A DNA stretch of 64,000 nucleotides from Phallusia mammillata (taxonomy: Eukaryota), in assembly GCA_965637545.1 (NCBI GenBank), contig OZ281494.1:1054001-1118000 (forward strand), read 5' to 3'. Shown here piece by piece: positions 10,401-21,600 of the stretch; positions within the stretch are counted from its first letter, which is position 1, and each line of letters begins with the position of its first letter. The translations under genes and the position numbers were made by a program. The notes below the pieces were generated by a model. That model saw only the letters and a list, made by a program, of their open reading frames with translations. It was not told the DNA's origin and made no database searches.

Positions 10401-13400
10401 ATTCAACGTCGGGCCAGTATTGTTCACACTTTGACTGCAGAAAAACAGGTTTTAAATAAAAACTGAAATCTCGAGTTAACTTTGTTTTAACAAAACATCG
10501 GTTGATAATTGGAAAGTGAGGCCTGCTATTTATGGCTGAATAGAGCTTGGATAAAGTGGTTTCAGTTTTGGTTGGAAATGAGTCAGCACACAAAGCTCTT
10601 TGTACGGAATAATTATTACCCAATCATAAATGTTTTGTGAAATAGGGGAATTTTTGTACTTTGTGACGAATAGATGTGGCGAGTAGAATGGTAAAGTGAC
10701 TAATAGCTATAAAATGTAGGCAGTATGAAAAGGTCGTCAAATACCGAACAAGAGTTTCGTCTACCATGTTGCATATTTAACAAATTTGTCATTTAACTGG
10801 TGTAATGGTAAACAAAATACTAGCTGTTTTTTTCAAGAACTTGTTTTTTGCTGACGTTTCGCCCACCAGAACGGTTTGGCTTCTTTAGAGCAATGATATA
10901 TTGCGAACACCAATTACCGTTCTGGTGGGCAAAACGTCAGCAAAAAACAAGTTCTTGAAAAAACAACCAATTATTGTTTAACATTACACCAGTTGAATGA
11001 CAAATTTGTTTGTTAAATATTATCTTTGTAACGAGTTTTGGCTGGTTAAGTTAGTAAGTAAACAAAGGCAACCTTTCCGTTTTCCACCAAGCCAGTAAGC
11101 ATTACGATGATGTTGGAGTTTTCCTGCCAAACCATCAACCAGAAATCGTTGATTGTCTCCTGCTTCGGACCCTGAGTGGCGATAAACTTCCTCTCGTTAT
11201 CGTAACCCGGTATATAAGCGGCGTTGATGTAATCGTTTACACCGCTTCCATGCAAAACCACTCGAGCATGATCGTCTATTGAATAAACACAAGTTATACA
11301 GGAAGTCAATTACACACGTATCAGTTACATTTTAATAAACACTCTCAGGGCAAAACTATCCATACATGACCACCTTTCATGCTTTCATTATGGTTTTAAT
11401 TGTTATCAGACCTTGGTGGCTCAATACTTATTTGTTTACTCTTATCGAAAATTTGCCATGTAAACAATTGATTTAAGTTATCGTAGCAAACCCTACACAA
11501 AAATTCCACTAAAACAGACTGAAATTAATAATATAAAATACAAGATAAAACGTACAATCATTGTGGTGGAAAATCAATGTATAAGTAATTATCTGACGCA
11601 GAAATGTTTGACTAGAAATGTAAACAAACACCGGTTTTTCTTGTGTGACGTAATAGTGCATGACCCACGTGAGTAACGAGTCTCATACCAGTTGTTACGT
11701 CATTACCTTTTAATGCCCGGTTCTCTTAGAGGACAGAAAAAGACGTTATGGGTTATTCCTTGGTCATTTTTACTACAATGAAATAGAAACTAAACAAAGG
11801 CAACTGTTTCGGATTTTATTCCGAGCTTGTTATGCACAAACCAGGATCTGTGCAACATTTAAAGTTCTTTGACACAATATTTTTGTATCAAGTTTAGTCG
11901 ATGTTGCTTACAACAAATTGTATCCAAACACAGAAGTTGAAGTTCTTTGTTGTGAAAATACTGTTTCTGCTTTTGGCTTGTAACTTTTTGGCTTTGATCC
12001 AAACATGTGAAGCTACTTTAAGTACATGTAACCCTCGTTTCAACTTTGTGTTTCAATACTTACAAGGGAAAATGTTCTTGTAGCGGTTTCTGACAGCATT
12101 TTGCGGCAACTGTGACACGTCCTTTGTTCTGTGGTTGTTTTTGCTTTGGTTTTCGACTTTCTGAAATGAAAGTTGGTACATCAAAAACAATAGAAGTAAA
12201 TGATTTCCCTTACTTGTGGCATTTGCTTCAAGAGTTAATTAATCGTGTTATGATAACTTGCACGTTGTGATTGTTTGTTAATTGAGGTTTTAACCCAGAA
12301 CTTGTTTTGATAAGGCATGATTAGAATCAAAAATTTTCATCTGAATAGGCCACAAAATACTAAATGACGTGATCACTACGTGGCATTTGACGTCACATCG
12401 GGTATAAATCCACGGTGTGTGTTGTATAAACAGTATTCAGACTTTCCCTTTACGCTTTTCCTTGAGACTTTTCCTTGCAGTTAACACAACAAACCTCAAA
12501 TTCGTTGGCAAAAAGAAATCCTGACTCAACATTCTTCTTGAACAACTTGAACAAGGTGTAATTCGACCTGGCTTCATGCGCTACGTTTTGGTAGACACTG
12601 TTTCCAACTTGAAAACCAGATTTTAAAGGCTTAGTCATTAACAATTGATACGACAACCTATTGATATACATAGGTGCTAAAACTTAAATAGAGGAAGGGC
12701 GAGTTTTTTGAAAGAAACCAATAAATGCTTTTTTTGTCGTGTTTTCTGAACATCTCATTAATGAAAAAGGTTTATTTCTGCGGACAAATTACCCTTCCAC
12801 ACCGTTTGGTACCTATGCCTACGTATGCACTTTTTGTAGTAACAGGTCCGCTATTTTACCCTCGTATCTACCTTGCGGTGACCCTAAAGATTGATGATTG
12901 GAATCTTCCACTTGTGGAGGTTGATCCTTGCTTGGCCTGTAAATACAATAGAATGTTAGTTTCAGTTCAGTATTTGAACAAAGGTACTTGCTAATATTTA
13001 GATATCCATTGCGAGTTAACTTAATTTATATAAGGTTAAATGACTAAGCGGGTTTCGCTTTCTCTTTTTGGACGAATGACTTACAACAAACGACCGTTAA
13101 CTTTCGAGGAAGTTAAAATCACGATGGTACTTTTGATAACAGTTTGTCATATCATTGACAAAAGCTACAATGCGAATTCGCCTTGAGCCAAATCAATTCA
13201 AAACAAACCTATGTCTTCGACGTATAAACATGACCCCCAGCCCAACAATGACAAGTACCAGAAGCAAAAGCCCGATCACCAGACCAGCAATCATTCCAAT
13301 ACTCGTTGCAGGATTGGACGTGTTGTCTCCCGGAAAACAGTTTGAGGGCGGATTACCCGGAGTTGTTACTGTTAGATTGGATATGACGTTTGCGTTGATT

Positions 13401-15372
13401 GAACCAGTGACAACTACTATAATCTGGAATATAAAATATGGTTGATTCATTATTTGCAGTCAACTACAGCATTGTGCAAATTTCAGCCTTATTGTAAAAT
13501 ATGCTTACCAGAATATCATACGATGTAGTGTGATTAAGACCTTCTATTAAAAGTGATTGAACCGAGTACGGAACGGAGATTGTTTGATTGAAACTCTGGA
13601 CTTGAATCTCAACCTGTATGTATTCGCATGTAAATGAAACATTAGTTGATTTCATTATTTGGTGGATTTAACGCAAATAATAAACACCAAAACTTGTATT
13701 TCGACCTGTGCTGTTAAATTGTTGTTGATGATAAATTGATCAAGTCCAGTCCAATTGACCAGCACAGTTGATGCGTTGCATGGAAATTTTGTCACAGAAG
13801 GTTTAACTAAAAGTGATTCCTGACGTTATAGCAAATCATAAAGAAAATTTGGTCACAAATTTGTCGAGTAGCTTTCCCATAAGACAAGAAAATCAGAAAC
13901 ATTGAAGAGCATTTAAAAAACATATGTATTTTTAATCCGTTTTGAAACGATGTGATTACTCACATCGTACTTGGCAAGCGTAGTAAGCCGGTTTCTTACT
14001 GCAGTTCATGCTTGACTGCACCCATCCGATCCCATAATGCAACGCTCCTTGTTGGCAAGTTGTAATCTTAGAAACGGGAAAGTTTGCCGGAGATCCGTCG
14101 CTCCAATACCAACCATTCAATGACGTGTTGTAGCGAGCTCCAATAAAAACTTTGATATCTAAAAATTATTTGTGTTTTTGCATCCAAACCGACGGTTTGT
14201 ATTTTTGTGGATTTATTCAAACACTCACTTGGTGCCAGAAATGATCCTCTGTACACCGAGAAGTTTCCGAACGTTTCATTCACACTGCGCAACTTGTCCG
14301 AATTTATGGCGTCACTTTTGTAGTTGTATATTTTCTTTTGTAGTTTTTGAGTTTTGGAAAACAATGAAAATCTTACTTCCCATCCTGAAAGTTATAAGGC
14401 ACGGTTTTGCCGCTATTTCCTATAAATTCTTTCATTAACTAGCTGTGTGGCACAAACCATTCCAATTTCCTGTTTCGTCATTGAATCTACAGCTTGTTCC
14501 AATGGTTACACCCCACTTGTCTTTGCCCTGGTTTACCCAACCCGGGGCATTGCAGAAGTAAATTTCCACCATCGTGTTTTCATATTTGCTGAAAAAACAT
14601 AAAGCTTTGAAAGAAAAATCACAAGTAAACAAATTTTGTTACTATCTTGTTTTCACCTTTTATACAAATCGAAATACCACAAATGTCCAAGAGATTTTGT
14701 ACTTTTCCAAAAATCCATTTCAGCCGAATGTTTTGAGTATTTGCATCGTTCGTATTTTTTAGATTGATCATAAAAAATATAAACCCGCTGCAAATCTGAA
14801 ACAAAGTTTTGTTTAAACATTTCAAAAAATATATACTGGCTTCAAATCTAAAAAAAATATGCTGAGTGCATTCAACATCTAATTTATAACACTATCAAGT
14901 TTAGAACTGTTTGTTTTCCACAACACAAACCTGTTGTGTATTTGTCTGTCATGAGTTGAGTGAGAGTTGTGTTGATCTGTGGGTCATCAGTCATTGCAAG
15001 ATTTCCACCCAGCAAAGAACATTTCTCCTGTGCAGTGTTTGCATCCACAAGATCGTCAGATAATATCAACACACGGTCTTTCACTGCTTGCATGTTTTTG
15101 TTAAAACCTGGCAAACAACATGTTGTTAAGTGCAAATATTTCGCCAAATAAGTTGTTAAACGCAATTAATTGCCAAAAAAAGCAAAGTTAAATACACCTA
15201 ATAACAAATATTAACAGTTTTGTTGATAGTTGACTCACCAGGGTTAAAAACCAAGCAATCAGATATTAACTTTTTTGATAGTAAACGTGACACACTTACG
15301 TTTAATTTGTGCGGTTATTACATGAACCATCATGGAAATAACCACAACCTTGCTGATACAAGCCACAATCAT
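7491..15372 (-). CDS. Copy B: receptor-type protein tyrosine phosphatase, SP-CTLDx2-FN3x1-TM-PTP D1-PTP D2 (about 24 exons, apparently intact)
   Basis: SP 15300-15372. CTLD exons 14931-15107, ~14657-14793, ~14459-14588, ~14230-14385, ~13963-14158 (GWYWSDG...C...YYAC). FN3 ~13706-13807, ~13508-13612. TM exon ~13208-13422 ([24 protein letters not shown]). D1 motifs [45 protein letters not shown]2 ends TYSNFK* with TAA at 7491-7493. Intron phases are consistent throughout. Confidence 0.9.
10765..11017. mobile_element. Older, degenerate copy of the same palindromic PLE remnant in a copy-B intron
   Basis: Inverted arms TTTAACAAATTTGTCATTTAACTGGTGTAATG...CATTACACCAGTTGAATGACAAATTTG, with GCTGACGTTTCGCCCACCAG / CTGGTGGGCAAAACGTCAGC. 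Hammerhead core is mutated. Confidence 0.7.
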
Positions 15373-16807
15373 CACGTCTGGTTTGTCACAATGAACAAAT
15401 ATATGGTCACTTTCTACTTGTCATTACTATTCGCTTCCGATTTAAAGAAAGTGTTTGTTGCTTTGTTTGTTGTAAGACAAGCTGCGTTTCAAACACTACA
15501 ATTATAACATAAACATCGTGCAGTTGGGCTGTGGGTATTTCGGCCTGTAACTCCTGACAAACTAGTGTACCGAAATCTGGCTATACTAACATACACGGCC
15601 TACATATTGTCACGAGCTGCACTGTTAAGACCACATCAGCTTTCGTTTTAAATTAAACAGTATGGTCACTATATTATACTTGTACTGCTCGCGATATTGC
15701 TTTGCTTCTGGACCACGATTATTTCACAATTAAACTGGGCCTTATCTGTGCTAAAGCTTTGTAACTAATATTAGTTTGTTCACAGCAGTCTAGCTTAAAT
15801 GTACAACACTCTATTTGATAAATGTACCTTGCAATGTGCTGTACAAAATAACATACACCAACCGTCTTTTTACGCGACGCTTGTTTGCACATTTTTTATC
15901 AATCTTTTACGTGACTCAAGTTTATGTAAACAGGTGTAACTGATGGGGCCTCTCATATCACTGATGATGACATAAGCATTTAGTATTTTTCGCCTGTTTG
16001 GGTCGTTATTTTCATCATTGGGTATACAACACATGTACACTTCCTCATGCTTCAAGATGTTAACCTTACATCAGGTATGACTACACACTGCACATCTGCA
16101 CAACCGACGGTACTGACTCATAACACATTGTTGATTAGCTTCAATGGAATTTTCTGTATGTTGTAGAAATTAACACAATGGTTAAAAGAAAGAGCGCTGT
16201 GTCGCAAAGCATGACTGAACGTTGTCTGCCTGTATATCTCATCATCTATTTGTTTATTTAATTCCTATAACCTACAGGAGCGGTTAACGTAAAGAAAACA
16301 CCAAGCATGGAAGTGGGCCTTTAAAGTAATCAACCCGTCTACCACGTATTTCCGTGAGGTAAACGTAGGTAGTTAATCTGACGTACTGTGATTTGTCTTG
16401 GAGCGTCGTTATTGTGAGCACACGTAAGCGCTATGGGAAAATTCCTAGTCAGAAATACATGCGATACCCGATGAATAAAGTCCACCTGGCAAAATCCAAT
16501 TGTACATAACTTTTTGCAACACTAAATGTGCCTTTTTAAAGGGAATTTTGCTTCCTTTCAATAGAATATCGGTTGCTATTTGCGTAGTCAGGCTTGCTAC
16601 CTATAGATGAATAGAACTTATACAGCATTGTATCAGTTTTGGTTGTAATAACAAAGACAAAAGACTGTACTTTGGACTAGGTCGTAGCCTAACACGGAAG
16701 TAAAACACAAAAGTTGAAATTCTTTGTTTAAAATGCTGTTTCTGATTTTGGCCTGACAAAATCTTCGAACCAAATATTTAAAGCTACGTTTAAGCCCCCA
16801 CTTAAGA

Positions 16808-16980
16808 CTTTGTGTTTCAATACTTACAAGGGAAAATATTCTTCTATCGGTTTCTCACAGCATTTTCAGGCAAGTGTGACACGTCCCTTGTTCTGGTTGT
16901 GTTTGGTTTGTTTTTCGATTTTCCGAATTTAATGTGGTAAATCACTAGCAATAGAAGTAAGTGTTTGTGGCATTTGCATT
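16808..16980 (-). pseudogene. Orphan pseudo-exon of PTP D1 (NRY exon) between copies B and C
   Basis: Close copy of 12045-12230 including intron flanks. Reads AGA AAC CGA TAG AAG AAT ATT TTC CCT, so the NRY Tyr is a stop (16844-16846). No neighbouring PTP exons. Confidence 0.85.
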
Positions 16981-18669
16981 CAATTTGATTTGATTTGAAA
17001 CGGAATTTGAAGGACAAGAAATTAATTTCTGTACAAAACCATCTTCAATTTGGGGCGGGAACTTGGCCGAATGGCCTGGCGCGCCTGACCCATATACACC
17101 TGATCGGGATTCGTCAGCATATGGGATGATTTAAACGGTGTTTTTTAATCTTTTTGGTGCAGTTTCCCACTAAAGAAAATAATTAAATTCGAATTTCCTC
17201 GCGTCATTTTCATAGAATCATGAACTTAGATTATCGAGCCTAACTGACAGCACTAATTCATAAATTTTGGTTGAGTAAATATTTTCAATGCAGTTTCTGA
17301 TAGATTGTCAAACTTCACCACTTTGCCTTTCCCCTGCTTTGGAGCGGGATCGTAGTGGGGACCCGAACTACAAGCCCGAAACAAAGCCTGATCCCTAATT
17401 AAATGGTTTGACGCCAAAAGTTAGAAATTCAACGTATGACACCTGAATAAAATCAGGACACTTGAATCAGACTTCAACCCTATAAGCGCGGCCTATATGT
17501 TTAACAGAAAAAGCTTGACACAACTCATAACTCTGCTTTTAACTCATTTGGAAACAAACAATGCGAAGGGTATTTTTTGGCAAAGGGTGATGGCAAGTAT
17601 TTGCAGTTAACACAACTGGACTCAAATCACCCTCTGACGCCACCTACTGTCCTTGCAACTTACAAATACGAATGTTCAAGTTCTTCAAATCGCAAACATG
17701 TATTGCACATCACGCATGCGATTTGCTCTCCTGTGTTTGTGAATCCCAACAATACATGCTCACAAAAATCAACATCTTAAATTAGACAATACCACTTTAA
17801 ACTCTTAAAACAATTAATAGTGTAATTGAGCATAAGTGTAGTATACGTAGTTGAGATGACAATGCATAAACGATTTACTTCGGTTTGTAAATATTTTTTA
17901 CCTTTTATCTTTATGCAATAAATTTGACCGGACATCGTGATTTTTTGACCCACTTCCTGATATATCCTGACAAGTTTTCTTTTCAACAGCAAAACTTTTG
18001 AATGTTTGTTAAAAAAGATCAAAAATATTTTTTAAAAATAATATATGGTCGTAAAGGAGCAGTTTTAATTTTGGATTGGCCGTAGCAACTATTATACCGA
18101 TCTGATTTATATGTTTGTAAACCATATCGTGTGCGCATATACTGTGAATAGATGAAAATCTTTTCGATTCCTTGTACACTAAAAATAATGATAATATATG
18201 GGAAATGGGCTTTATTTCCATTCTGGCCAAAATACCTGCAAGTACCATACATTATGAAACATACAAGAAATCTTAGTTTATTTACAATTTTATGTATTTG
18301 TGTATACATTAGTGCACAAGCATAAATCTAAAAATTCAAAATAACTAAAACAGCGATAAAACATAAATGTAAAGAGGTTGACGCTTTATTCCACAGCAGT
18401 TCAATATCAAAAAACTGTCCGAAACAAAAGCTCGCTTTTGTACAGTTTGAAAAGGACAGAAAATAAAAATAAAAACGCACGACACACGCTAATGCAAACA
18501 TACAAGATAGCTCTACACAAGTATTTCGTTTCAAGTTAAAAAAAAAGCTTATTAGTTTGTGACAAAGCAAATTACTTGTATAAAAATTAACATTGAAATC
18601 GTTATGTTTAAAATACATCTAATTGCTGGTAACATATTTCTAGTAGATTGAACTTCAGTTGATTAAAGT

Positions 18670-21600
18670 TCATTTGTAGTTTGAATAAGTGTCGAAATCG
18701 GACAGATATTGCATGATGACCGAGTAGCAGTATTTGTAGAGTTCCTGTACACACATAAACATTACATAAATGTGCAGTGTTTGTTGTATACCAACCATAC
18801 GCAAAAACGTTACCTTGTTGTCGACCATATTCGGTGTCATATCTCTCAGGTCTTTCACAGTTCGAAATACATCCACCCGCTTTTGTGCCTTCAAACGTTC
18901 GAGAATGTTCACCAGAGCGATGAAGGTCCCAGTTCTTGTTGACCCGTTACTGGAAACATGTCAGGAACATTTTATCTTGTTATCTGATTGATGAGTTTTA
19001 GCAACTCTTATTTGCTTTGAGAGGCTGATGTCACTTTTAAACATTGACATAACAACAAGTAATTTTATGAAATAAAAGGTTGTTGTATTGAATCTTCATG
19101 TTTTGCCAAAAAAAATGTAAACAAATTGTTACCTGCATGTTACCAACACATATTGGCAATTCCGTCTGGTCTTTAGCCGTTGCATTTCCTCAATAATTTT
19201 AATAAAATCCCTTTCTTTCGGTGGCCGTTCCACGTCATTCCATCCCTTGACTTGCAACAGCATCAATTGAAAATCAGCCTGAAAACAATTAAATCAAATT
19301 TTGATTATGCAACGCTTTAAAACCGGTCTTAAATAGCAAAAAATACGAGATTTGAATAAATAGCTATGTTGTTCTATTTGTTTTAGGACGTTTTCATTAT
19401 TTACTGCAAAATGGTTTACACATACTAGACCACAATCAAACCTTAATTGTAGGTAGTCATGTGTTTAAAGTTTTCAACTTACAAAGGCCTTAGTTGCAGA
19501 CCAGACGTCAACAGTTATAAGATTGTGCACGTTAGTTTCATTCATATCGCATACAGAAGCCGAAATGTCTTCAATTTGGAAATCTGCATTTACTGGAATC
19601 TTAATACAATTTCATGTTTTAATAAAGGATGCGGCAACGTAAAGTAACTCACTGTTTCAAATAAGACAAACTTACTTCTATGCCATTCTCCAAATCAACG
19701 ACAACCAAAGCTTTCTTCTCTACAATCATCTTCCAGAAATTATCCTTTTCTCCTGCTGCAGGATTTCGCGCAGCGATAAAACATTCCGAAGATCCTTGTT
19801 CCTGTATTTAAAACTAAATTAAACTAGACCAGACAAATAAGGTCACAAACAATGTCACTTCACAAAGGTCAAAGTGCAAGTAAATGTTTGTCAAACCACA
19901 AAAACATACTTGATTCGACTTTAAACTAATTAGAAGACAATAATGCTACATACGCATAAGTTTAGATGTGATGGCATATTTGCTGTTTATATTATCACCT
20001 GAATATATGAAGCATCCAACTGCTGCATCAGCTCAAGTTTGTCGCTCCAAACTTTCACTGCCGTGTTGTTGTCTAAAAACAATTAAGAGTGTGAAATGTA
20101 TGTACAATATTCTCAGATATTTAGTTACATGTTCTTAGCTGTGGGCGATTTTCCAGCCATTCCTCACCAAATCTCCAAGATGACAACGTGTTGAATTCTT
20201 GCTCTTGCATTTCGTTACTGTAAAACAAAAGCTTTGATGTCGTGGGAATAAAATTTAAAAGGCAGTTTATTGTAAATAGCACAACATAGTGACAACTTTA
20301 ACAAAAATGTCGTTCAACCGGTGTAATGTTAAACAAAAATACTAGTTGTTTCTGTCCATAACTTGTATTTTCGCTGACGTTTCGCCCACCAGATCGGTAG
20401 GGCTTCATCAGAGCATTGAATGACGAATGCAAGCAACAAGCGAAAAGCGCAAGAACAGCGTGATACCATGAAAAATAATTATATTATAACAAAGGCCATC
20501 CGAAAAGAGTAGCGTCCGTTGTAAAACGATGAAGCGGCACTAATGTCCGAAATTTGATGGATCGGTTGGGCGTCTTGGGTGGATTCCTTTTCAAACCGTT
20601 GGTACATCGAGCTATCCCCTAGGAGCGATTGAGCCTAAGTTCGTAATGTAGTCTATCCAAATCTGATGTGGCCATATTCTTTTTTGATGGTACCGAAATT
20701 TTGGACATTAGTGCCTTCATCGTTTTGCAACGGACGCTACTCTTTTCGGATAGCCTTTGTTATAATATAATTATTTTACATGGTATCACGCTGTTCTTGC
20801 GCCTTTCGCTTGTTGCTTGCATTCGTCATTCATTGCTCTGATGAAGCCCTACCGATCTGGTGGGCGAAACGTCAGCGAAAATACAAGTTATGGATAGAAA
20901 CAACTAGTATTTTTGTTTAACATTACACCGGTTGAACGACATTTTTGTTAAATATGCAACCTGGTGGACGAAAACGCCTGTACAGCATAGTGACAACTTT
21001 CAAATACGTTTTAAGTTTACAAAGCTCTTCTGGCAAATGTATTTCTATGCACTGCACTGTACTAGTAGCATTCGGTTTTATTTACCCTGATGAAGACGAC
21101 CTGCATAGGACGTCGAAACGTCGGAACAAAAATACGTTTGCCAGAAGAGCTCTATAAAATTGATACTATGCCTGGCAGCAATAGCTTTTTTATTCTAATA
21201 TTTCCGTTGTAAAAAAAGCGTTTGAAACGAAATTCTGTTACTCCCACAAACCCGATTGTAGTGTTTGTGTACGATTAGTTTATATAATGCTAGATTGTTT
21301 ACATCGCAAAGCAAAAAGATTTGTATAATGGCGAACAAAATATGTGATTTGACAAAACAAAATACAATTGCTCACATTTCACTTAAAGTCATCGATTGTA
21401 GTTCCGAAGCATCTTTATCTGTTTCCTTTAAATTTTCACGCTCGGTAAGAAGTTTGTAGACGTACATGTATTGTTTCTGTAGAAATGCAAATTAAGTAAT
21501 ACAAATATGATTTCAATTCGTTGCTTGTCCTAATTACATGTGCTCCTTTTTAGAAGCATTTTTTTGAATTTTATGCTAAATTCCTTCTGTCTTTTGTTTT

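Larger units (their letters stand above)
20300..20985. mobile_element. PLE-derived near-perfect palindrome (~255-bp arms, ~140-bp spacer) with 15-bp TSD in the D1/D2 intron of copy C
   Basis: ~20300-20555 is the reverse complement of ~20700-20952. CATAGTGACAACTTT at 20285-20299 and 20986-21000. The unique tail GCAACCTGGTGGACGAAAACGCCTGTACAG matches, inverted, the start of the 7031 copy. Confidence 0.8.

Noticed and set aside
7491-15372. Assigning a vertebrate symbol such as PTPRA or PTPRE
   Set aside because: Only the C-terminal motif and D1 resemble R4. The ectodomain differs, and orthology cannot be established without a phylogeny.
17050-17125. tRNA gene (A-box-like TGGCCGAATGG)
   Set aside because: No B box or cloverleaf can be folded; at most a SINE head remnant.
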